A program made the position numbers and the translations under genes. DNA of 64,000 bases, from contig JBPOEZ010000003.1 of the NCBI GenBank assembly GCA_051252005.1, positions 164,984 to 228,983 on the forward strand, read 5' to 3'. Within the stretch, counting starts at the first letter, position 1; each line of letters begins with the position of its first letter. The notes beneath the pieces were generated by a model. It had not been told where the DNA came from. It worked only from the letters and a program-made list of their open reading frames with translations, and did no database searches. Below are positions 55,923-64,000 of this stretch, in pieces. The DNA is from Alphaproteobacteria bacterium (GTDB taxonomy: Bacteria > Pseudomonadota > Alphaproteobacteria > Caulobacterales > Maricaulaceae).

Positions 55923-57104
55923 CTAATCTCGTAACCAAGGCCAAAAAATGCGCTCTCGGCACCACAGTGTCGCGAGCCACTTTTCGCCTGATGTCACGGG
56001 CGTTCCGGCATGGAGCGAGTCTTGTATAGGCACGCCGCTCGCGGCGGTATTTTGAAATAAAAGCCCCTGCCCGCGCGCGCCTTTGACAGAAATGTCCAGT
56101 TTTGGAAACGCCGTTTTCCCGCCCGTGTAACCCTCATTCAAATAAGTCAGAAGCGTATGGCTACGTTGCCCGCAGGCTTTGACCTTTGAATAGTCGCCTG
56201 CGTCTTCTTCAAGGAAGTCATGATGCGGGCGGTATTCTTGCCCAGGCCTGTACCGCAATAAGGTGATAAATTCACCGTTCTCAGGCGGAATGCCTGCCGC
56301 GAAAGACAATTTGCGCTGCAACAGAGCGCTCACAACATCCATCGACGCCGGAAGCAAAACCGCCCCATCAGATGTGCGGTATTGCGCGCGCGCCGCAGTG
56401 GCCGCCTCCGCATCCACGACCTTTGACGGCTGCATCAAAGATGAAGACACAGCGACAAGATAATCACATTCTAGGGACGAGAGAACACCGCCGAGGGTTT
56501 CCACATTCGGGTTTTTCGCTAGTCCAGTTCGCTCAAACACGGGCTGCGCCTCAAACGCCGCTTCCAAAGCCCTTTCACATACGCCCTGACTAAAAGGCAC
56601 GGTTTTTATGTCTGGCGTATCGCCCGCCGCGTTTAATTGCTTCACGCTTTCAAAAAACGGCACAGCAGGGCTAAGCCGCGCGGCCAGCGCGGAGAGCTCT
56701 GCTGCGGGCGCATAAATGTGCCCGCGGCCCGCTTCGCGCAAAAGTAAAAATGCGGCGATCCAGTCGCCCGATTGCGCGGCGCGGCGAAGAAGGCTTGCGC
56801 CTAAACCCCGGCTTGCATCCTGTCCCAACAGGATAACTGCGAGGCCGCGTACCGCAGGAGGGAACCCGCCCATGGCCGCCCGTAAAAACAAAGCTTGCGC
56901 GGCCTTGTCGTTGCTAGCCTCGTGGCATCGCAGCATATGCAAAGCCGCTAGCTGCGCTGCTATCACCGGAGAGCTATCTTTGATTGCCTCTAAACTACGG
57001 CAAGCCTCCTGGACATCTGCGCGCGAAGGATCCGCCCCGCCGCCTGACAAGAGCGCCATGGCCCGCGTATAAATCCCGCGCAACTGTTCCTGATTATGAA
57101 CCAT
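55923..57104 (-). CDS. Sel1/TPR-like repeats fused to a prolyl-4-hydroxylase-type 2OG-Fe(II) oxygenase
   Basis: C-terminal RYRPGQEYRPHHDF (HxD) ... SLHAGTPV...KW. Confidence 0.65.
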   Translation of the reverse strand: MVHNQEQLRGIYTRAMALLSGGGADPSRADVQEACRSLEAIKDSSPVIAAQLAALHMLRCHEASNDKAAQALFLRAAMGGFPPAVRGLAVILLGQDASRGLGASLLRRAAQSGDWIAAFLLLREAGRGHIYAPAAELSALAARLSPAVPFFESVKQLNAAGDTPDIKTVPFSQGVCERALEAAFEAQPVFERTGLAKNPNVETLGGVLSSLECDYLVAVSSSLMQPSKVVDAEAATAARAQYRTSDGAVLLPASMDVVSALLQRKLSFAAGIPPENGEFITLLRYRPGQEYRPHHDFLEEDAGDYSKVKACGQRSHTLLTYLNEGYTGGKTAFPKLDISVKGARGQGLLFQNTAASGVPIQDSLHAGTPVTSGEKWLATLWCRERIFWPWLRD

Positions 57105-57148
57105 AGGTTCTCCTAGCAGACACGCATCTTGTTTGATATAGCGCCAAC

Positions 57149-57814
57149 ATGGAACACACGAAAAATGCCGCGTCGGAATATAGCCAAAAGGGCCGCGCGC
57201 TTCTGCCTGCGCTGATGTCGCCTTTAGCCGCGTCGAACATGACGTTTGAAATTCAAAAGATCATCGCCCAAGTCGGCGACCACCTTTTGGCGGCGCCCCG
57301 TGTCGGCGAAAAACCCGCTTACGAGCTTTACGGTTATAAATGGTGGCCCATGGCGACCTTCCACATGGGCCTTACAGCCTATATGGAAACTGTCACAGGC
57401 AAAGCGCTCTTACCGACCTATGCGTTTTTCAGATCCTACCAGAAAGGCGACATTTGCCGTATTCACGCTGACCGCGCGGCCTGTGAACATTCTTTGTCGC
57501 TTACCCTTGCTTACGGCGACAAGCAGCCTTGGGCGCTTAGCGTCGAAGACCAGCCGCTCACCGAGAACACATATTTCAAAGCCGGACAGGCGGCGGATTA
57601 CGGCGGCAACCCTTATACGGATTTCCCCATGTCACCTGGCGACGCCGTCCTTTATAAAGGCATAGAGCACCGCCACGGACGCCTTGCCCCCAATCCGAAC
57701 AGATGGTCGGCGCATATGTTTTTACACTGGGTTGAAAAAGACGGACCTTATGCCGGTGAGGCCTATGACGGCCATACACTGCCCGCCCATGGCGACATTG
57801 TTTTCCCCGCATAA
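57149..57814 (+). CDS. Hypothetical protein, possibly a 2OG-Fe(II)-oxygenase-like fold
   Basis: IHAD ... GIEHRHGR is reminiscent of an HxD...H triad. Weak evidence. Confidence 0.4.
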   Translation: MEHTKNAASEYSQKGRALLPALMSPLAASNMTFEIQKIIAQVGDHLLAAPRVGEKPAYELYGYKWWPMATFHMGLTAYMETVTGKALLPTYAFFRSYQKGDICRIHADRAACEHSLSLTLAYGDKQPWALSVEDQPLTENTYFKAGQAADYGGNPYTDFPMSPGDAVLYKGIEHRHGRLAPNPNRWSAHMFLHWVEKDGPYAGEAYDGHTLPAHGDIVFPA

Positions 57815-57817
57815 TTG

Positions 57818-59005
57818 ATGAGTGCGAAAGCCTACAACATTGGCATTGCAGGCTCTGGCATCGCTGGGTTATCTGCGGCTCTGTTTCTGCAGCGTGCGGG
57901 CCACACGCCAACGCTCTATGACCAAATGGAAACGCCGAAGCCTATCGGCTCAGGCCTAATGCTACAGCCCACGGGCCTCGCCGTAATGGAGAGACTTGAC
58001 CTTCTCAACGCGATTAAAAGTTACGGACAGCCTATAGAACGGCTCATCGGCGTCGCAGGCAAGCGCCCAATACTTGACGTCCGCTATGACGCTTTGAAGG
58101 GCAGATATAGCGGCCTCGCTGTTCACCGCGCCGCGCTTTTTGATGTGCTCTACCAAGCCGTAATAGCCGAAAACATTCCGATCCAAACCGGACGCGCTGT
58201 GCGTTCTGTGAAAAATGGCGCTTTGGTTTTCTCAGACGGTAAAATCTCAGGGACACATGATTTCGTCATCGACGCCCTCGGCGTTACCTCGCCGCTTAAA
58301 CCCAAACAGGCTAAACCCCTGCCCTACGCCGCGCTTTGGGCGACGCTGGACTGGAATGCAGCGGGCGGGTTTAACGAGGAATGGCTTGAGCAGCGCTATA
58401 AGGCAGCGCGTAAAATGATCGGGGTTCTGCCCGTCGGGACAATTCCGGGTGACCCTATCCCTAAAGCCACGTTCTTTTGGAGCCTGAAACATACAGATTA
58501 TGCCAAATGGCAAGAGCGTGGGTTGGATGCGTGGAAAGCGGAAGTCAAAGCCCTCTGGCCGGAAACTACGCAGTTACTTTCGCAGATTACAAAGCCGGAA
58601 CAGCTCACCCTTGCACGCTATGCAAGCCAAACTCTCTCTCCGCCATACATTGGTAAATTAGTCCACATCGGCGATGCCTATCACTGCGCCTCGCCGCAAC
58701 TTGGCCAAGGGGCGAACATGGCGCTCCTCGATGCTTACGCCCTTGCGGAGACTATCACGCAAGAACCCTCTCCTGAAATGGCCTTCCACGCTTTCCATAG
58801 AAATCGCCGAATGCATGTCAATCTTTATCAACTCATGGCGAGCGCTTTCACGCCTGTCTATCAATCTGACGGCCGGATTATTCCGTGGCTAAGAGATCAC
58901 ATCGTCCCGATCATTGCCCGCATTTGGCCGTTCCCAAAGATATTAGCCGCAATCGTCGCCGGTTTGATTGGAAGCCCGCTCAAAACTTTAGGCCTTAAAA
59001 AATAA
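57818..59005 (+). CDS. FAD-dependent monooxygenase (UbiH/salicylate-hydroxylase class)
   Basis: GIAGSGIAGLSAALFL dinucleotide fold and GDAYHCASPQLGQGANMALLDA. Confidence 0.8.
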   Translation: MSAKAYNIGIAGSGIAGLSAALFLQRAGHTPTLYDQMETPKPIGSGLMLQPTGLAVMERLDLLNAIKSYGQPIERLIGVAGKRPILDVRYDALKGRYSGLAVHRAALFDVLYQAVIAENIPIQTGRAVRSVKNGALVFSDGKISGTHDFVIDALGVTSPLKPKQAKPLPYAALWATLDWNAAGGFNEEWLEQRYKAARKMIGVLPVGTIPGDPIPKATFFWSLKHTDYAKWQERGLDAWKAEVKALWPETTQLLSQITKPEQLTLARYASQTLSPPYIGKLVHIGDAYHCASPQLGQGANMALLDAYALAETITQEPSPEMAFHAFHRNRRMHVNLYQLMASAFTPVYQSDGRIIPWLRDHIVPIIARIWPFPKILAAIVAGLIGSPLKTLGLKK

Positions 59006-59116
59006 GCAGCAAAAGAAGCCGCAGCCCACTCATACAAAAAGGCTGCCCAGCAAAATGCCTGCAGCCTCTATAGTTAGTTAGGTATGTCTTAAGCGATTTA
59101 TACCGCGTAGACTCCG

Positions 59117-59929
59117 CTAGAATTTGTGCGCAAAGGCAAGAGAGACACTATCTAAAGCACTGCTCGTACTATCTTCTTCATACCGCGTATAATCAACGCG
59201 CACAGAGTTACGAGGATTCCAAGCATATTCTGCGCCGCCGCCATACGCCACGCCGTCTAAGGTCACCGAACCGCCGCCTATGCCAATTTGAGTGCTATGA
59301 TAACCCCCACGCGCATGCACGGCAATTCTATCCGTGATCGGCAACCGGCCGACCGCAAAACCTGCAATCTGGTAATCAACATTTGCTGCACTCGCAGACT
59401 CTTTGATCACCCCGACAGAGCCTTCCAGTTCTGCGCCAACATAGTAAGCGGATTGATATCCCAAGCGCGCTTGCAAGCCAATCGCATCAGAATCTACATC
59501 ATATAAACTCGTGCCTAATGAGCCATATATATATCCATTTCGGCGAGCTTTATGCGGCCCGCGAAGCTGCGGAGCGCCGTAAGTATACTGCCCGCCTTGA
59601 GCGTATGCCGCCGGAGTATAATGTCCGCCCTGAACCTGTGTGCCATAAACGTGTGGATCAGGCTGTTGAGCGTAATCATAGGAATAACTCTGGGCTTGAG
59701 GCTGTTGTTGATAGCCTTGGTTATAGTCATACTGTGTAGAACTTTGCTGGTTTGCGACTGAATAAGTCGCCCCTGTCGGGCATTGACTGACATAACATCC
59801 AGACGCGCACTGACTGACGTAGCAGCCCGAAGAAGCTGTTTGGCTATGGCCATATGTTCTAGCCTCATTGTTCATAGAACAGGCTGAAATGAGAACTGCC
59901 GAGGACGACAGAAGAAGAATACGATACAT
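59117..59929 (-). CDS. Outer-membrane beta-barrel protein with a Q/Y-rich low-complexity N-terminal region
   Basis: Lipobox-like ISAC. A QQSSTQYDYNQGYQQQPQAQSYSYDY stretch. Alternating beta-strand pattern ending in ...FAHKF. Confidence 0.65.
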   Translation of the reverse strand: MYRILLLSSSAVLISACSMNNEARTYGHSQTASSGCYVSQCASGCYVSQCPTGATYSVANQQSSTQYDYNQGYQQQPQAQSYSYDYAQQPDPHVYGTQVQGGHYTPAAYAQGGQYTYGAPQLRGPHKARRNGYIYGSLGTSLYDVDSDAIGLQARLGYQSAYYVGAELEGSVGVIKESASAANVDYQIAGFAVGRLPITDRIAVHARGGYHSTQIGIGGGSVTLDGVAYGGGAEYAWNPRNSVRVDYTRYEEDSTSSALDSVSLAFAHKF

Positions 59930-60091
59930 AATTTAGCCCACCTAATTCAAAAACGCCTATGTAGCCTATCAAGTTTAAAATACGTTGAATCCTCCTTTAA
60001 GGTTTGATTCAAGGTTTGTGATCGTTTGGCCCTACATAATCGTGCCGCCTTTACCCTTGATCACCTCTGAGCAGCGGCGTAACAACACCCT

Positions 60092-61279
60092 ATGTTTCAG
60101 ACCTTTTTCTCCGAGCTACGCTCTGCAAAAATTCCCGTTACCATAAGGGAGTACCTCACCTTGCTTGAAGGACTTGAAAAAGACGTGCCGGGCGAGAGCC
60201 TTGATGGGTTCTATTATCTATCCCGCACAGCCCTTGTCAAAGATGAGCGTGATCTTGATAAGTTTGATCAGGTCTTCTCTCATGTCTTTCGGGGAATGGA
60301 TTATCTTTCTGATATTTTCGGACAGTCAGAAGCAGAAATCCCGTCAGATTGGCTCAAGGCGCTCGCTGAAAAATATCTGACCCCTGAAGAGATGGCAGAA
60401 ATACAAGGCCTCGGCGACCTCGACAAAATCATGGAAGCCCTCAAAGAACGGCTTGAAAACCAAGATAAACGCCATGAGGGCGGCAATAAGAATATTGGCA
60501 CGGCAGGTACATCCCCGTTTGGCGCGCATGGGTATAACCCCGAAGGCGTTCGCATAGGCCAAGACAAAGGCCGACACGGCAAGGCTGTGAAAGTTTGGGA
60601 TAAGCGGCAGTTTAAAAACCTTGACGGCGACAAAGAACTCGGCACCCGCAACATCAAAGTCGCTCTGAGGCGTCTACGCCGTTTTGCCCGCGAAGGCGCG
60701 CAGGACGAACTTGATTTAGACGGCACCATTAAAGGCACGGCAAAGCAAGGCTGGCTCGACATTCAAATGCGAGCCGAGCGCCGCAACGCGGTGAAAGTTC
60801 TCGCGCTGTTTGACATTGGCGGGTCCATGGATGCCCACGTTAAACAGGCCGAGGATCTCTTTTCCGCTGCCAAATCCGAGTTCAAACGGCTTGAATATTT
60901 CTATTTTCATAACTGCATCTATGAGCACGTTTGGAAGGATAATATCCGCCGCATGCGCGAAGTCACGCCGACGTGGGACATCCTGCATAAGTTCCCATCC
61001 GACTACCGCGTTGTGTTTATTGGCGACGCGGCCATGAGCCCTTACGAAGTGGCCATGCGCGGCGGCTCGGTCGAACACTGGAACGAAGAAGCTGGCGCGG
61101 TATGGTTACAGCGCTTTGTTGATGTCTACCCGCACATAATTTGGATCAACCCGACGCCCGAAAAATATTGGCAATATTCACAATCGACGAATATGATCCA
61201 AGAAATAATCGGCAAAGACCGCATGTTCCCAATGACCCTCTCGGGCCTCGAAAATGCAATGAAAGAATTGGCGCGTTAA
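60092..61279 (+). CDS. VWA domain protein (CoxE-like)
   Basis: The N-terminal FFSELRSAKIPVTIREYLTLLEGL. The C-terminal half has a MIDAS-like motif, FDIGGSM. Confidence 0.65.
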   Translation: MFQTFFSELRSAKIPVTIREYLTLLEGLEKDVPGESLDGFYYLSRTALVKDERDLDKFDQVFSHVFRGMDYLSDIFGQSEAEIPSDWLKALAEKYLTPEEMAEIQGLGDLDKIMEALKERLENQDKRHEGGNKNIGTAGTSPFGAHGYNPEGVRIGQDKGRHGKAVKVWDKRQFKNLDGDKELGTRNIKVALRRLRRFAREGAQDELDLDGTIKGTAKQGWLDIQMRAERRNAVKVLALFDIGGSMDAHVKQAEDLFSAAKSEFKRLEYFYFHNCIYEHVWKDNIRRMREVTPTWDILHKFPSDYRVVFIGDAAMSPYEVAMRGGSVEHWNEEAGAVWLQRFVDVYPHIIWINPTPEKYWQYSQSTNMIQEIIGKDRMFPMTLSGLENAMKELAR

Positions 61280-61280
61280 C

Positions 61281-62603
61281 ATGAATTATGACCTTATCAT
61301 TTCCGGCGGCACGGTCGTCAATCAAGACGGAATGGGAGTCGCCGATATTGGCATAGTCAGTGGCAAAATTGCGGAAATCGGTGATCTTTCCACGGCAAGT
61401 GCGGGACGCACCCTGAACGTAAAAGGGCTGCATGTCCTCCCCGGCGTTATCGATACGCAGGTGCATTTCAGAGAACCTGGCCCCACCCATAAAGAAGACT
61501 TAGAGCACGGCTCACGCGGTGCGGTGCTTGGCGGCGTTACGGGCGTGTTTGAGATGCCCAACACCAACCCAACCACAAGCACACCCGCTATGCTCGAAGA
61601 TAAATTATCCCGCGCGCGAAACCGTATGCATTGTAATTTCGCCTTCTATGTCGGCGGGACACACGATAATGCTGACCACCTCAATGAGCTTGAACGCCTA
61701 CCCGGATGTTGCGGCGTCAAAGTGTTTATGGGCGCTAGCACAGGCGATTTGCTAATCGCTGATGATGACGGACTGCGCCGTGTTTTAGCCTCCATCAATC
61801 GCCGCGCGAGTTTTCATTCCGAAGACGAAGAGCGCATGAACGGCCGCAAACACCTCGCCCGCAAAGGCGACTGGACGAGCCATACGGATGTCCGCGATAA
61901 AAAAGCTGCGCTGATCTCGACTGAACGGCTCATTCGCATGGCAAGGGAAGCGCGCAAACGCATTCACGTTCTGCATATTTCAACCATGGAAGAACTGCCT
62001 ATTCTTGCGGCGAACAAAGATTTGGTGAGCTGCGAAGTCACCCCTAATCACCTCACTCTGATCGGGCCAGAGGACTACGCAAACCTCAAAGGCCGCGTGC
62101 AGCAAAACCCTCCGATCCGCGATAACGCGAACCGCCTTGGCCTCTGGGCCGGCGTCGCCAATGGCACGATTGATATTCTGGCGACAGATCACGCACCGCA
62201 TACGCTAGAAGAAAAATCTAAGCCTTATCCGGCCTCGCCGTCTGGCATGCCGGGCGTGCAAACGCTCGTGCCGATGATGCTTGATTGGGTCAGTAAAGGC
62301 GCGCTTACACTACAACGTTTCGTCGACCTTACCTCTCACGGCCCGAACCGCATTTGGGGAATCGCCGGAAAAGGTCGTCTCGCAGTTGGGTATGACGCCG
62401 ACATCACCATTGTAGACATGAAGGCGAAACGCGCGATCCTTGATAAAGACCAAGCTAACAAATCTGGCTGGACACCTTATCATGAACGCGAAGTTACAGG
62501 CTGGCCAACGCACACCATCATCGACGGCAACGTCATCATGGAAAATGACGAAGTCGTCTTAGAAGCGCAGGGGCAAGCCTACCATTTTAGTGAGTGCCTT
62601 TAA
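61281..62603 (+). CDS. pyrC: Dihydroorotase (long, allantoinase-like class)
   Basis: DTQVHFREPG, VKVFMG, HVLHIST and ATDHAPH motifs. Confidence 0.85.
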   Translation: MNYDLIISGGTVVNQDGMGVADIGIVSGKIAEIGDLSTASAGRTLNVKGLHVLPGVIDTQVHFREPGPTHKEDLEHGSRGAVLGGVTGVFEMPNTNPTTSTPAMLEDKLSRARNRMHCNFAFYVGGTHDNADHLNELERLPGCCGVKVFMGASTGDLLIADDDGLRRVLASINRRASFHSEDEERMNGRKHLARKGDWTSHTDVRDKKAALISTERLIRMAREARKRIHVLHISTMEELPILAANKDLVSCEVTPNHLTLIGPEDYANLKGRVQQNPPIRDNANRLGLWAGVANGTIDILATDHAPHTLEEKSKPYPASPSGMPGVQTLVPMMLDWVSKGALTLQRFVDLTSHGPNRIWGIAGKGRLAVGYDADITIVDMKAKRAILDKDQANKSGWTPYHEREVTGWPTHTIIDGNVIMENDEVVLEAQGQAYHFSECL

Positions 62604-62616
62604 AACTGCCCAATAA

Positions 62617-62645
62617 AAAAGGCCCCGAAATCGGAGCCTTTTTAA
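62617..62645. terminator. Rho-independent terminator between convergent genes
   Basis: AAAAGGCCCCGA-aa-TCGGAGCCTTTTT. Confidence 0.7.
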
Positions 62646-62658
62646 ATATATTTCTACG

Positions 62659-63264
62659 CTAATGCCCGTTACGGCGATTGTGGTAACGTCTGCGATTGTG
62701 GTTATTATAACGATGCCCGTAATTACGACCACCGGAATAATTATAGCCCGTGCCGACAGTAATGCTCACACCTGAACGGGGCGCGTAATAAGGATTTCCG
62801 TAATAATAGGTTGGCTGTGGTTGGTAGTAAGTGCCGCCGTAATAGGGCTGCGTTTGATATGTCTGCGTATACGTTGTCTGCGGATAATACCCACCAGAGC
62901 TGTACCCATTATTGTAATAGCCGTTATTGTAACCGCCGCTATACCCATTGTTGTAGTGCCCACCGCCATAAGTCCGGCTTTGGTGGCTACTATTATCCCC
63001 CGCAATAGCTGCGCCGGCTACGCCGCCTATGACAGCGCCAAGTACAGAGCCTTCTGTCCGCGCGCCGCTACCTGCTACTTGTGACCCAATAACACCGCCA
63101 GCGATTGCGCCGATAACGCCGCCGACAAGCTGCTGGTCACCATTACTGCTTTGATGACGGTGATTATAGCCGTTATCGTGGGCGGTTGCCGTCATAGGCA
63201 AGAACCCAACAATAGCGGTTGCCGCGATGGCATATCCAAATTGTTTAATCATGATTGTCTCCAT
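62659..63264 (-). CDS. Glycine-zipper (17-kDa-antigen-like) envelope protein with a G/Y/N-rich tail
   Basis: GGVIGAIAGGVIGSQVAGSGARTEGSVLGAVIGGVAGAAIAG, followed by YNNGY/YYQP repeats. Confidence 0.75.
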   Translation of the reverse strand: METIMIKQFGYAIAATAIVGFLPMTATAHDNGYNHRHQSSNGDQQLVGGVIGAIAGGVIGSQVAGSGARTEGSVLGAVIGGVAGAAIAGDNSSHQSRTYGGGHYNNGYSGGYNNGYYNNGYSSGGYYPQTTYTQTYQTQPYYGGTYYQPQPTYYYGNPYYAPRSGVSITVGTGYNYSGGRNYGHRYNNHNRRRYHNRRNGH

Positions 63265-63421
63265 TTATCGCGGATAACCCCGCTCCCATTCCGTGCCATT
63301 ATAGCAAAACCGTAAACTTAGTGCAAAAGGAAGACACAGTCGTCCGCCAAGCAGGAAAGCCCGGCCAGTAGCCGAGCTTTATTATTCTATGATCCGTGTT
63401 CACATTAGGCCTTTTAAGGCT

Positions 63422-64000
63422 CTACCGTGTGCGGTTTTTCACGTCACGCTTGCGGTCTTTTAACCGATCAAGGTCTTGTCCGATTTGCGTGATCCGTTGA
63501 GCACGGTGTTGACTATACCCATAACGCTGCTGCGCTTGCAATCTATCCCGTTCTGCCCGCAAGCCATCAATTCTGTCCTTGATGTTCTCTACGCGGTTAA
63601 CGCCGTGACCATAACCATGGCCGTAATTTACTGGGCGCGAATTATGCGAGGTCGTTGTATAACCGCCGCCATAAGTGCGTGATGGGCCGGAGCTATAGGT
63701 CGTTGTCGTCCGAGTCGTTCCGCCGTAAGTACGGGTTGGCGTAGAGCGGTAAGTCGTGCCGTATGTATTGCCGCCATTATAGGTCGTTGGATATAATGAT
63801 CCGCCAGAGTAACCGCTTCCGTATACTTGGGCGCTTTCCTGGCGGCAGTTGCGCTTATCACCGGCAATACCGGCTCCGGCTGCTGCGCCGAGGACTGCGC
63901 CAATGGCTGAACCTTCACTGCGAGCGCCGTTACCAGAGACTTGTGATCCGAAGACACCACCTGCGACAGCGCCAAGAAGGCCGCCGACAATTTGGTTGTT
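63422..64000 (-). CDS. Second glycine-zipper envelope protein, N-terminus outside the window (not in the ORF track)
   Basis: The hand-translated minus frame is open from nt 64000 down to the TAG at 63424-63422: NNQIVGGLLGAVAGGVFGSQVSGNGARSEGSAIGAVLGAAAGAGIAG...TYGG repeats...RLKDRKRDVKNRTR. Paralogous to 62659..63264. Confidence 0.7.
   Translation of the reverse strand, partial: NNQIVGGLLGAVAGGVFGSQVSGNGARSEGSAIGAVLGAAAGAGIAGDKRNCRQESAQVYGSGYSGGSLYPTTYNGGNTYGTTYRSTPTRTYGGTTRTTTTYSSGPSRTYGGGYTTTSHNSRPVNYGHGYGHGVNRVENIKDRIDGLRAERDRLQAQQRYGYSQHRAQRITQIGQDLDRLKDRKRDVKNRTR

Noticed and set aside
63346-63385. Hairpin AAAGCCCGGC-cagta-GCCGAGCTTT downstream of the partial glycine-zipper gene, as a possible terminator
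   Set aside because: The stem has a mismatch, and the T-tract is on the strand opposite to the gene. It is too ambiguous to call.
63628-63990. Track ORF 63628..63990 (minus strand)
   Set aside because: It is out of frame relative to a much more convincing glycine-zipper reading frame, which is open from 64000 to 63422 and paralogous to the neighbouring gene.
1-64000. CRISPR arrays, rRNA genes, and toxin-antitoxin or restriction-modification genes
   Set aside because: I found no regularly spaced direct repeats with unique spacers, no rRNA-like sequence, and no recognisable TA or RM motifs while reading the window. Small TA pairs below 60 aa could still have been missed.

Overview
The window looks like an alphaproteobacterial chromosome with a cta (aa3 cytochrome oxidase) cluster; the taxon is inferred from gene content only. 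It has two parts. (1) Positions 1-34540 appear to be two tandem integrative islands inserted next to a tRNA with anticodon CAT (34536-34612, minus strand). Each island ends in the same module: a conserved leader, DUF3489, DUF2924, a 564-aa large serine recombinase, and a conserved non-coding arm of about 198 nt. The arm stops exactly at the TGGTA that forms the 3' end of the tRNA. Island 2 (7832-34540) carries two metal-resistance modules. One is a CsoR-controlled copper module: csoR-copC-copD, a small Cys-rich ORF plus a glutaredoxin-MauE fusion, and cusCBAF-like genes. The other is a MerR-controlled Zn/Cd/Co-type module: a czcI-like gene, czcCBA, an SPC-type P1B ATPase, a short CDF and an ICMT-like gene. 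An IS3/IS407-type IS separates the two modules. Island 1 (left end outside the window) carries AT-richer cargo: a DUF2075 NTPase, a lipoprotein, and an operon of a coiled-coil lipoprotein plus a papain-like protease. A repeat of about 45-100 nt, which is the 5' head of the recombinase-module leader (AACATTACCAG.GGC...TTTTGGGCG...), recurs at six places. It coincides with the borders of the cargo modules, which I consider the most interesting unexplained structure in the window. (2) Positions 34613-64000 look like core chromosome. Genes there include SIMPL, DUF983-ctaE-ctaG-ctaB-ctaD-ctaC, tldD, DUF937, a POT transporter, blaI plus an M56/M23 fusion plus a TonB-dependent receptor, a penicillin-acylase-family protein, DUF533, a Kazal-domain lipoprotein, 2OG oxygenases, an FAD monooxygenase, an OMP, a VWA protein, pyrC and two glycine-zipper proteins. 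I saw no rRNA genes and no CRISPR array. All family assignments come from motif recognition by eye, not from database searches.
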